A stretch of 64,000 nt of DNA from Pirellulales bacterium (GTDB lineage Bacteria > Planctomycetota > Planctomycetia > Pirellulales > PALSA-1355), in NCBI GenBank assembly GCA_963733035.1, contig CAVTBU010000007.1, forward strand, positions 320,001 to 384,000, in the 5' to 3' direction. The number at the start of each line of letters is the position of its first letter. Within the stretch, counting starts at the first letter, position 1. This document shows, one piece after another, positions 8,664-18,372 of this stretch. The notes beneath the pieces are model-generated. The model was not told the origin of the DNA. It saw only the letters and a program-made list of their open reading frames with translations, and made no database searches. The position numbers and the translations under genes are program-made.

Positions 8664-10508
8664 TTACGAGGGTGTAACGATCGGCAGCTGTGCAGCGATG
8701 CCGGTCACTTCCACGTTGGTTGCCTCGCCAGGGCGGTCGAGTACCGTGTCCACCAAGTAGTATAACAACCGCCGCAGTTCGTCGGGTTCGATTTCGTCGG
8801 CCAGAGCCTCGGCCCGCTCGTGGTACTTGTCCACCAGTCGATGCGCTTTTTCGAACACGCCGGCTTTGCGGTACAGGTCGCGCACTCGCGCAAGCATTTC
8901 TGGCGTCGCCGCACTGCCAACCAGCGATTCGAGTTCCCCGCGCTCCCGCTCGTCGAGCGATTCGAGAGCCAAGGCCCAGAGCACCGTTGGCCGTCCACCC
9001 AGGATGTCGCCACCGGCGGCAAGCTTGTTGTGCGTGTCGTGTTCCCAATCGTCCAGATCGTTGAGAATCTGAAATGCCACGCCCAGCTGCTTGGCGAATT
9101 GTGCCAGCGGCTCGGCATACCGCGCGGCGTCGCCGGCCAGGCGAGCGCCGGCATACAAGGCCGCTCCGAAAGCCGGGGCTGTCTTCAGAGCGTAGATTTT
9201 CAGGGCGTCCAGCGGCGTCAGCCGCTTGTCGTGGGCGTCGCGCCAGAGTAGCTCGGCGCCTTGCCCTTCGCAGAGGCGAATGTGCGCGTCGGCCAGGTGA
9301 TTGAGGATGTCGGACACAGCGTCAGCACCGAGCGTTCCTACCTCGCGGCTCACCAGCCGATAGCCAAGGCCAATCAGGTAGTCCCCTACGTTGATCGCAG
9401 TGGGTATTCCGCAGCGGCGGTGCAGTGTCTCGTCGCCGTAGCGGAAACCGTCGTCGTCCTCGATGTCGTCGTGCACCAGGGAAGCCTTGTGAAACGTCTC
9501 GATCGATAGCGCGGTCCGCTTGATCGCGTCGGAAAATCCGGCCACATGAGCCGCACCATCGCCCAACGTGCCGTTGCCGCCCGTCAGGGCATCGTACACC
9601 GCCAGCGTCGTAAACGGCCGCGAGTGCTTGCCACCCTTGGTCAGGAAATCGTAAGCCAAGGCTTCGGTGCCAGCCAGCGGGTCAAGCCCGGCAATGCCCT
9701 TACCGTTCAATTCGGCGAGAGTCTTGTTGCTTCGCGTGCGCACCCCAAGCCGTCCCAGTTCGGCCGGTTCGAACATCTTCTCGGCGGCCCGCATCAAGTG
9801 CACGTAGCTGCGGGTTTGGACCTGGGGCTGGCGATGCTCGGTGCGGATCATCGCCGAAACCCAATCTTCGTCAACCGATGTATTGCGGCAATCGCTCGAC
9901 AATAGCGGCACGGCCATGCAGGGAATTCCGGCCAGCAGAATCTTGTCGATCGCCTTTTCGAGCACGTTTAAACAAGCGACGCCGACGATGGCGTCAACAT
10001 AACCCGATACGATAATCTTCAGCACGATGGGCGATCCCTCGGCGACGAGCACCTTGTAGCCCATCGCCTCGGCCGCGGAGCGGAAGTCGGCAATGCTGCA
10101 CGCTCCACATTTCTTGCACTCCAGGCCGAAGTCGTCGTAATCGGCCGGGCAGCCTTCGGCGTGTTTCAAACAATGCGGCAGCAAGAACAAGCGGCGGCTT
10201 GGCGGCACGGCCGCGACCTGGTCTTCCCAAAATGCCGTGACCAGCGCGACCATCGTCCAGCCGACGTAACCCTCGGGCAATCCCATCTCGTCGAGCAGCG
10301 CCCGGCCCACGGCCTCCATCTCGTCCTTCGACAGCGGGCGCGACTTGTCGAGCCGGGCCGCCACTTGGTTGGCGCGGTCGCGAATCTGTTCACGCAATTC
10401 CAGCGTCTCGGGCACGAGCTTGAGATGGCTGGTATTGCGACGACGCGACTTGCGGGGCGGAGAATCGGACTGAGCTACGGCGGTTTGCCGCTGGGGTGCA
10501 ATCGCCAA
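8664..10508 (-). CDS. DUF116-like Cys-rich domain fused to a polyprenyl diphosphate synthase
   Basis: N-terminal LPHCL/CPA/CKKCGAC/GVAC; C-terminal GGKHSRP, SLVHDDIEDDD..RYG, KTA, AFQILNDLDD. Confidence 0.85.
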   Translation of the reverse strand: MAIAPQRQTAVAQSDSPPRKSRRRNTSHLKLVPETLELREQIRDRANQVAARLDKSRPLSKDEMEAVGRALLDEMGLPEGYVGWTMVALVTAFWEDQVAAVPPSRRLFLLPHCLKHAEGCPADYDDFGLECKKCGACSIADFRSAAEAMGYKVLVAEGSPIVLKIIVSGYVDAIVGVACLNVLEKAIDKILLAGIPCMAVPLLSSDCRNTSVDEDWVSAMIRTEHRQPQVQTRSYVHLMRAAEKMFEPAELGRLGVRTRSNKTLAELNGKGIAGLDPLAGTEALAYDFLTKGGKHSRPFTTLAVYDALTGGNGTLGDGAAHVAGFSDAIKRTALSIETFHKASLVHDDIEDDDGFRYGDETLHRRCGIPTAINVGDYLIGLGYRLVSREVGTLGADAVSDILNHLADAHIRLCEGQGAELLWRDAHDKRLTPLDALKIYALKTAPAFGAALYAGARLAGDAARYAEPLAQFAKQLGVAFQILNDLDDWEHDTHNKLAAGGDILGGRPTVLWALALESLDERERGELESLVGSAATPEMLARVRDLYRKAGVFEKAHRLVDKYHERAEALADEIEPDELRRLLYYLVDTVLDRPGEATNVEVTGIAAQLPIVTPS

Positions 10509-10520
10509 GATGCTTCTCGC

Positions 10521-12392
10521 TTACGGTTTGCCGGTGTGCGCGATCTTGCGAGGCACGCTGGTGGGGAGGTACTTGCGTGTCGCCTGGCCGAGCACCGAGG
10601 TAGTCATGATCAGGGGATATAGCTGCTCATAATACCACAGCTTCGCGAAGTAGAAACCAATTGGCGAGCTTTCCGCGTGCCGATTGGCCTCCACGGCGTC
10701 AATCAGCCATTTTAGCCCTTTTAGAGCCCCGTCTTCGTGGGCCTGCGCACTTCCGCAAGTCAGCAGGGCTTCGACGGCCAGGGCCGTTTCCTCAATGCTG
10801 GCCGCACCGGCCGAGGGCTCGCATGCCCCGAAGCTGCCGTCGGCCCGCTGCAGCGAGACCAGCCAATCGAGGGCGCGCCGCGGCGGAGGGCTGTCCAAGC
10901 GATTCAGATCGCGCAGTGCCAATAGCACCTTGGCGGTGCCGTAGATTGGGTTGTCTTCCTGCTGGCGACTCTGATTGCCGAACCAGAGCGGAATCCAGGA
11001 GCCGTCGCGCTGCTGGGAACCAACCACGTACCGCAGGCCGGCCTCCATCGCCCGCGCAATGCGGCCGTCGAGCTCTTCCCGGGCAAGATCGGAAAGGTTT
11101 GCATCGGTTACGAGCTCCGCGCGCCAAGCGTGCAATGCTCGCAGCGCATGCGCCGTTAAATCGCAGCCGCTTTTATCGAACGGCAGGGTTCCCCAGCCGC
11201 GGGCGAACGTCGGCCATCCGCCGTCGGAATTCTGCAGATCGAGTAACCACCGCACGCCAGCGGCCGCGGCCGGCACGATTCGCTCGCACTGATGCGGATC
11301 GGCCTTTGCCCAGGCGGCAAGCGCCAATAGCGCTCCCGGCGTATCGTCGGCATCGGGCACGCCGCCGGACAGATCCGTCCAGGCCCAGCCACCGGGCGCA
11401 GCGCCCGTATAGGGATGCACGCCGCGATGTTGGCAGGACAGAACCCAGTCGAGACAGTTCAATTCGCGCAGATCCTCACCGCCGGCAGCCAGTGCGTTGA
11501 CCGCCAATGTGGTGTTCCAGGTTGCCAGGTTGGTGTCGATCGGCCAACTGCCGTCGGGCCGCACCGAAGCGAGCAGGAACTCGACGCCTTTGCGGACGAT
11601 CGGATGATTGGCTCGGCCGGTGGCGGCCAGGCTCATCACGACAAAGCTGGTCAGCGGCGCGGCTTCCAGAAAACCGCCGCTTTCCGGCTGCATCGTCTCG
11701 ACGACCGCCAGGCTCTTCTCGAACGTCAGCTTGCGAATCAGGCGAGCGATCGGATTGGCGGGCTTCTTATGGCAAAACTTTGCCTGGCCGATGGCTACCA
11801 AGGCCGGAATCGCATAGCTGACGACCGGCAGCCGCAAGAACTTCCAGGCCTGCTGTGGAAAACAAGCCAGTTCAAACGGCAGGGCGGGCACCTGGCTCCA
11901 CTCAATGATGCCGGCCAAAGCGCAGTTGGTAAGAATGGGCACCGCAAAGGTCTTGTCCTTGCCGTAGCGCCGCTTGAGTCCCCTCACACCCCCGTGCGAC
12001 GCGATATAGGCGTCGGCCCGTTCGAGCAGTCCGGGGTGATTGGCTGGTGTGCAGGTCAGTGCAAAGGCGGCTCGCACGAGCATGGTGGTGGCAATGTTCG
12101 AAGCGCTCTTGTCGGTATCGCCCCAGCCGCCGTCGGGGTTCTGATGTTTGGCCAGCCAGCGGACGCTGCCGACAATCAATTCGCTGAGCGCGCATTCACG
12201 CTGTTCGTCGACGATGCGTCCAGAGAACGTCGGAGCATGTCGTTCGACGATGGCCAAAGCGCTGATCGCCGTGGCGGTGGAAAGAGCGGAACTGGATAAT
12301 TGTCCGATCCAGTGTCCGTCGGCGGTGGTTTCCGCCAACAAATCGCAGCGCGCCGTTTCATAGGCGGCCAGGAGTCGATCAGGATCGACCAT
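10521..12392 (-). CDS. Squalene-hopene-cyclase-like class II terpene cyclase
   Basis: PDADDT (DxDD) motif; QW repeats QNPDGGWG, QNSDGGWPTF, QQRDGSW, QRADGSF. Confidence 0.85.
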   Translation of the reverse strand: MVDPDRLLAAYETARCDLLAETTADGHWIGQLSSSALSTATAISALAIVERHAPTFSGRIVDEQRECALSELIVGSVRWLAKHQNPDGGWGDTDKSASNIATTMLVRAAFALTCTPANHPGLLERADAYIASHGGVRGLKRRYGKDKTFAVPILTNCALAGIIEWSQVPALPFELACFPQQAWKFLRLPVVSYAIPALVAIGQAKFCHKKPANPIARLIRKLTFEKSLAVVETMQPESGGFLEAAPLTSFVVMSLAATGRANHPIVRKGVEFLLASVRPDGSWPIDTNLATWNTTLAVNALAAGGEDLRELNCLDWVLSCQHRGVHPYTGAAPGGWAWTDLSGGVPDADDTPGALLALAAWAKADPHQCERIVPAAAAGVRWLLDLQNSDGGWPTFARGWGTLPFDKSGCDLTAHALRALHAWRAELVTDANLSDLAREELDGRIARAMEAGLRYVVGSQQRDGSWIPLWFGNQSRQQEDNPIYGTAKVLLALRDLNRLDSPPPRRALDWLVSLQRADGSFGACEPSAGAASIEETALAVEALLTCGSAQAHEDGALKGLKWLIDAVEANRHAESSPIGFYFAKLWYYEQLYPLIMTTSVLGQATRKYLPTSVPRKIAHTGKP

Positions 12393-12668
12393 CAGGTATG
12401 CAGCCCTCAGTGGACATGGAAGCTCGCACAAGCAGGTCCTCCGCCAGCGATGCGATCGTGCTACGACGATCGATGTGCAACGCCTAGACCCGCGGCGAGC
12501 CGTAAGGATCAAAGTCTAAATACCGCCGGCCGGTCTGTCGATAGTTTTGCGCGGGCCAGCCCCCCAGAGGCAGCGTCCTGGGCAACTCCGAAAGGCACGT
12601 CTCACACCCGGCGGCACATCGCAAGTCGTTACTCGTTAGCGGATTTGCTGTCGAAGGGGCCGGCCGGT

Positions 12669-12677
12669 TGTTATAAT
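12669..12677 (+). promoter_or_regulatory. Extended -10 promoter (TGnTATAAT) upstream of the radical SAM gene
   Basis: TGTTATAAT ending 66 nt before ATG 12744. Confidence 0.45.
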
Positions 12678-12743
12678 CGGAAACAATCGTCGCCCGCGGA
12701 AAATACCGTATCCACGCCCGCCCTCCCGCTAGCCGAGTGGCCC

Positions 12744-14009
12744 ATGTATTTGAAGTTGGCCAAACGCGCCTTGTTGGAAACCGACAAGCGCCTGCTCTGG
12801 AAGCTCGCCTATAACATGGGCTTCAAGGGCATGCGCGCGATTCAAAAGCATAAGGCGCGGCTCAAGCGGGGCGAGTTCTTTCCGCCGTTTCTCTATATCT
12901 CGATCATCAATAGTTGCAACCTGCGTTGTCAGGGTTGCTGGGTCGACGTGGCTGCCAAACAGCAAACGATCGATCTGGCAGCCATGAAACGCATGATCGG
13001 CGAGGCCAAGCAAGTCGGCAACAGTTTCTTTGGGATTTTGGGCGGAGAGCCGTTCATGCATCCCGAGCTAATGGAAATCCTGGCCGCGCATCCAGATTGT
13101 TACTTTCAAGTATTCACCAACGGCCAGTTCATCAGCGATGACGTGGCCCGCCAACTCCGCCGCCTGGGCAACGTGACGCCGCTGGTCAGCATCGAGGGAT
13201 CCGAAATCATCAGCGACCAGCGGCGCGGCCGCCCGCACGTCTACAGCCGCTCGATGGAAGGCTTGCACAACTGCCTCAAGCACAAGGTGCTGACCGGCGT
13301 CTGCACGAGCCTTTGCCAAACGAATATCGACGATCTGCTCACCGAGCGATGGGTCGACCGGTTGATCGAGATGGGGGTGATGTACATGTGGTACCACACC
13401 TATCGCCCCGTCGGGCCGGATGCGAAACCCGAGCTAGCGCTCACGCCCGAGCAGCAGCGGCGGGTCCGGCAATTCGTCGTCGATACCCGGGCGACCAAGC
13501 CCATTTGCGTGGTCGATGCCTATTACGATGCCGATGGCCAGGCGCTCTGTCCGGCGGCAACTGGTTTCACGCACCACATCAGTCCCTGGGGCGACATTGA
13601 ACCCTGCCCGATCGTGCAGTTCGCCACCGAGTCGATCCACGATGCGCGGCCGCTACGTGAGACGTTCAATAACTCGGAATTTCTCCGCGACTTCCGACAC
13701 GCCGCCGCCAGCGCCACGCGGGGTTGCATCGTCTTGGAACGCCCCGATCTGCTTGAGGCGCTAGTCAACAAACACGGCGCCCGCGATACCACGGCCCGCA
13801 AAGCGGCCTTGGCTGAACTGGCCGCCATGCAACCGCGCGGCAGTCAGTTCGATCCCCAGCATGAGATTCCCGAACGGAGCTTCGTCTACCGCTTCGTGAA
13901 GAAGCACTTCTTCAACGACTTCGGGGCGTATGCCAACCCCGTCATGCCGGCCGGATTGGAAGTCACGACGAGACCGGAGCCGGAAGTCGTGCCGTTGCGA
14001 ACCAACTAG
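12744..14009 (+). CDS. Radical SAM protein with SPASM/twitch-like C-terminus
   Basis: CNLRCQGC, GGEPF, FTNG, CPAATG...GDIEPCP. Confidence 0.85.
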   Translation: MYLKLAKRALLETDKRLLWKLAYNMGFKGMRAIQKHKARLKRGEFFPPFLYISIINSCNLRCQGCWVDVAAKQQTIDLAAMKRMIGEAKQVGNSFFGILGGEPFMHPELMEILAAHPDCYFQVFTNGQFISDDVARQLRRLGNVTPLVSIEGSEIISDQRRGRPHVYSRSMEGLHNCLKHKVLTGVCTSLCQTNIDDLLTERWVDRLIEMGVMYMWYHTYRPVGPDAKPELALTPEQQRRVRQFVVDTRATKPICVVDAYYDADGQALCPAATGFTHHISPWGDIEPCPIVQFATESIHDARPLRETFNNSEFLRDFRHAAASATRGCIVLERPDLLEALVNKHGARDTTARKAALAELAAMQPRGSQFDPQHEIPERSFVYRFVKKHFFNDFGAYANPVMPAGLEVTTRPEPEVVPLRTN

Positions 14010-14020
14010 TTTGGCCTGCG

Positions 14021-15496
14021 CTACGGTTGGGCGTCGCTCGCGCGCGTGTCGTCTTCCGCCGGTCGGATGGATTCGAAGTAACGTCGAATTGTCTGGCGGT
14101 GGCCGAGCGGGATGGGCTCGGTTTCGAGGACTGCCTCGGAGGCCTTGCGAAACTTCTCGTAGCTCTCGCGGTACGAGCGGCGTGCTTGTTCGCGCCCTTC
14201 GGGCGAGGTCGTGGTTTCGACTTCCACGTCCCCTTCGTCCGACTGTTGTCCCTGGAGCCGCATTTCCTGCTTGCCGCCCAGATTCGGCGTGGCGTCGCCC
14301 GGTTCGTTGTCGCTGGAGGCCAGCCCCCAACTCTTGCCGCCGCGCTTGTTGCTCTTGCCGTCGGACTTGCATTGCGACTCGCAGTCCCCCTTGCATTCGC
14401 TTAGGCACTGGCACTGCTTGTGCAACAAATCCTGGAGTTTCTTGCGCTTGCTCTGTTTGCTGGCCTCGCCGCTAAGCTTTTTGGCGCCCTCCTTGAAGCG
14501 GCTGCCGTCGCCACCCAAGCCGGCAGAGATGTCGCCCGTGGCCTTGCTCAGGCTATGGTTGCCGGAATCTTGCATTTGCCTGGCGATCTGCTCGAGTTTT
14601 TCTTTCATTGCCTTCTCGGTCTGGCGATCGAGCTCGGGAGCTTCGGCCTTGGCCAGTTCCTCGGAAGCTTTCTCATATTGCCCGCCGGCCAGCGCCTTGC
14701 CCGCCGCGGCCAACGGTTCGGCCAGGCTCAGGGCTTCGCCCACGGCGGCTAGCTGCGCGTCGGCAACTTCCACGTTGTATTGGGCCTGCTGCTGTTGCAG
14801 GCTGGCTTCCATTTCCGAGAGCTTGGCCAGCGCCTCGCGCAAGTCAACCTCGGGCTTCTTTAGTTCCTCGATCGATTCCTTGAGCTCTGCTACTAACTCT
14901 TCAATCTCGGGATCCTGGTTCTCCTTGGCGAACTCCTCGAGCGACTGAAGTTCCTCGGTCAAACGATCGGCCTGAGCCAACACGCCGGGAAGCGGCTTGG
15001 CAGGCGTGGCACCAACTTCCACAGGACGCGTTGTTACGTACAGCACCACCGCCGCCACGATCAGGGCTGCCACGCCATAGGGCAATGCCCGCGGCACCCG
15101 AATTGGAACGACTTCGCGAGCATCAACCTGCCGGAGATGTGAAAGGGCATCGTCGACCGCCAATTGACGCACGCCGCCTGCGTCGCGTTTGGACAGAAAC
15201 TCCAAGGCCGACGTGGTGCGATCTTTCAGGCGATAGTGGCTGTCGATGGCCCGCGCTGCCGCGCGCCAGTCTCGTTGCGTGACGAAGGCAAAGAGCGCGC
15301 CCGCTACTGGTCCCGCCGATGCGACGGCGGCCGCGCGAAACGGGGTAAGTTCCCAATCGCCGAGCCAGCGCCCCAAGGCAAACCCCAGCGCGGCCACTCC
15401 ACTCCCCACCAGCCCCCAGGCTGCCAATTGCAGCGTGCGCACCTGTTGTTGACGACGCCGCACCGGATCGAGCCGGTCTTGCAAATCCTTTACCAT
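14021..15496 (-). CDS. Membrane-anchored coiled-coil protein of the MoxR/VWA operon
   Basis: N-terminal TM helices, long Glu/Lys/Gln heptads, Cys cluster, C-terminal IPLGHRQTIRRYF. Confidence 0.7.
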   Translation of the reverse strand: MVKDLQDRLDPVRRRQQQVRTLQLAAWGLVGSGVAALGFALGRWLGDWELTPFRAAAVASAGPVAGALFAFVTQRDWRAAARAIDSHYRLKDRTTSALEFLSKRDAGGVRQLAVDDALSHLRQVDAREVVPIRVPRALPYGVAALIVAAVVLYVTTRPVEVGATPAKPLPGVLAQADRLTEELQSLEEFAKENQDPEIEELVAELKESIEELKKPEVDLREALAKLSEMEASLQQQQAQYNVEVADAQLAAVGEALSLAEPLAAAGKALAGGQYEKASEELAKAEAPELDRQTEKAMKEKLEQIARQMQDSGNHSLSKATGDISAGLGGDGSRFKEGAKKLSGEASKQSKRKKLQDLLHKQCQCLSECKGDCESQCKSDGKSNKRGGKSWGLASSDNEPGDATPNLGGKQEMRLQGQQSDEGDVEVETTTSPEGREQARRSYRESYEKFRKASEAVLETEPIPLGHRQTIRRYFESIRPAEDDTRASDAQP

Positions 15497-15686
15497 CGGA
15501 CGTGTCCTCGTCTGGCGAGACTCGGGAACGGAAATGCGCCGCTTATTAAGCTACCACCTTGGTGGGGTATCTTGCAACAGAGCCGGCGTAGTTTTTAACC
15601 CCGGTTGATTCAACTTAGTATCGCGGAACATCAACTTCGTACGTGCTGAGGCCGTGGCGATCCACCATTCGCACCCGGCGACGTCG

Positions 15687-18372
15687 TCACTCTGGGCGCA
15701 TCCCGCCAGAGCTAGCCATACCGGGAGTTCGGTGCCCGAACAGGTTGCTCAAATCGATGCGTCGCAGGCCCACGTCCAGCACGAAAAGCACCACGGCTGT
15801 CCAGATTAGCCATTTCCACAACGGCGATGGTCGGCGGGCGGCGCGGTCGCTGGGTGCGAACACCTTGTCCGCCGCCAGCCCATAGACGCCACCAGAAGCC
15901 TCGGCGATACGCTTCAGTAATTCTTCATTGGTGGGGCGCAGCCGCAATTCATCGCTATAGCCGACAGCCAGGCCTGCGCGATTGTCGCGAGACCTGCTGG
16001 CCGTTTTTCGATTGCGTCAGTTCCACGTGGTAGGCGCCGGGGCGGGGCGTGTTGAACTCGGCCGTGTAGCGTCCCGGGGCGGTCTGCACGAGCGGCAGCT
16101 TATGACTGCCGAGCTGCGGATCAATGACGGTCATCTCGGTTTCGACGTCGTTCAAGTAACGACCCGTCGGATCGGCCGCGTCAAGCGTGAGCGTGGCCTT
16201 GCCGGCGCGCTGTTCGATCTCGACGACCGTGCCCTTGGCGTCACCTTTGCGCATCATGTGACGAACAACCTGGGCCCAGAACTTGGAGTAACCGGGCCAG
16301 GGAAGCCACTCGGCTGCCCAGCGGCTCTTGACGTCCGACGTGAAGGCGCCGGTCATGCCCAAACCGTATCGCCACCAAACCAACAGCGGATCGCCTTTCT
16401 CGGTGGCCAAAATCACTTCGCTAGTGGCCTTGGGCCGCGTGGCGACATATCCCAATAGAAACGGCGCGGCCTCCAGATCGATGCCGGCGAAGGCCTGCGT
16501 GGTCCGAACAACTTGCGGCACAAACGGCTGTTCGTTGATGGCGCTCTTGCTGGCGGTGACGGTTTCCTTGGCAAAGATCTGCGGCACCGCGGCCGGATCA
16601 TCGGTGAGGTAGTATCGACCGTTGCCAGTCCTGGCGATTTCCTCGAGCAAGGCCGTATCCGAGTCGCTACCCACCGCCACCGTCGAAACCGTCATCCGCG
16701 CGCTGTTCATCGTGGCGGCCAGGCCGGCAAAATCACCCGGCGCCGAAACACCGTCGGTCAGAATGATCACGTGTTTCAATTTGGCGGGCGTCGACAGGAG
16801 CAGCTCGTAGGCCAATTCCATGCCTGGATACATAGTGGTACCGCCGCCGGCTTCGATCCGCGATATGTCGTCGCTGATGCGTCCCTTGTTGCTGGCCGAT
16901 TGCATTTCGCTAATCGTGAACGTGTCGCCGTCGAAGGCCAATACGGCAATCTGATCGCTCCGCCCCAAAAGTTCCACGGCGCTGCGGGCGGCGCTTTTCG
17001 CCATTTCGATCTTGTCGCCACCCATCGAGCCCGACTTGTCGATCAACAGCACCATCGCCAGGCTGGGCTTCTCCTTCTCCTTTTCAAAGTCGCTGCGCAC
17101 CGGCAAGATGTCTTCGAGCGTCGATTTGTAGTAGCCGCCCAGGCCGAAGGATTGCTCGCCGCCGAGCATCAGGAATCCGCCCCCCAAATCCTGCACGTAG
17201 CTGCGGGCGACTTCCATCTGGCGGCCGGTCAGGTCCGTGGCCGGAACGTTTGAAAGCACGAGCAGCTCGTAGTTTTGCAGGTCGGACAAACTGTCGGGCA
17301 TGCCGGCCGGCGGCCGCACGTCAACCTGAATGTCTTCTCCTTCCAATGCCACGGCAAATTCACGGATGAGCCTCGGATCGCTTTCGATCACCAGCACGCG
17401 AGGTTTCCCCGAAGTGAACACCAGGCCGCTGTCGGCGTTATTATCGAGCAGCGTATCTTGCTTCAGTCCCTGAATGCTGGCGGTGAAGTTGGCCAGCCGT
17501 TCGCTGGTCACGGTTTGCTGGAAGCGAAACCGATTCTCGCCCTTCTTGATCGGCTTGCGTTCGCTGACAACGCGGTGGGCTCCGCGGTACACCTCAATGA
17601 GTCCTTCGTCGTCGTGATTCGCATCGACCACCACTTCCACGTAGAACGGCTCGCCTTGACGCACCTGGGCCGGCAGCTTGACCGACGAAACCTGCGCCTC
17701 GGGCTCATTACGCGTGGCCAGCGAAACCGTCGAGACTGGCACCCCGGTTGCTAGCGCCGCCTTGAGCGCGTCGCCGTCGGTTTCGTTGCCATCGGTGATG
17801 AGCACGACACTGGGAACGTAACCCGGCGAAAGCGAGGCCACCGACGCTTCCAGCGCGGCTTCAATATTCGTGCCAGCGTCCGACATGTCGGCAATTTTTG
17901 GCGGAACACCCGGCTGCTGCGCGGCGTCCTGGTCCGGTACTCGTTCGGCCGGTGAGATGCCGTCCTTCGTCGGCTCGACTTCTTCGGTAGCGACCGGCCT
18001 TGTGCGTTCCGATTCCAATTTGCCGGGCTGTTTGTCGAACGGAAGGAACGCCACGCGGTTGCCGCCGACTTGCTCAATCGCTTCGTCGAGGAACTTGTCG
18101 GCGGCCGCGGTCGACTCCGCGCCAACGCTCAAGCTGCGGTCAATGGCGAAGATCACGAATTGTTCGCTGGTTGGCCGCAATAGCGTGAGACCCGCCAAGG
18201 CCAGCACCAGCAGCGTGAGAATGGTGGTCCGCACGGCCAGCGATACACCTCGCTGCCAGCGGGGCAAGTCGACCAGGCTGCGGTAGAAGTAATAGACGAG
18301 CACCGGCACGAGCGCCAGGCAAACCAGCCGAGCGGGATGCGTCAACTCCAGGGCGAAGCTGCCGGTGTCCAT
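15687..18372 (-). CDS. Multi-VWA domain membrane protein (one frameshift near 15975)
   Basis: DRSLS and DKSGS MIDAS motifs, LTDG; removing the base at 15975 joins RQSR to GLAVGYSDELRLRPTN. Confidence 0.8.

Noticed and set aside
12300..12743. N-terminal extension of the radical SAM ORF
   Set aside because: Overlaps the cyclase start and promoter region; ATG 12744 follows an extended -10 element
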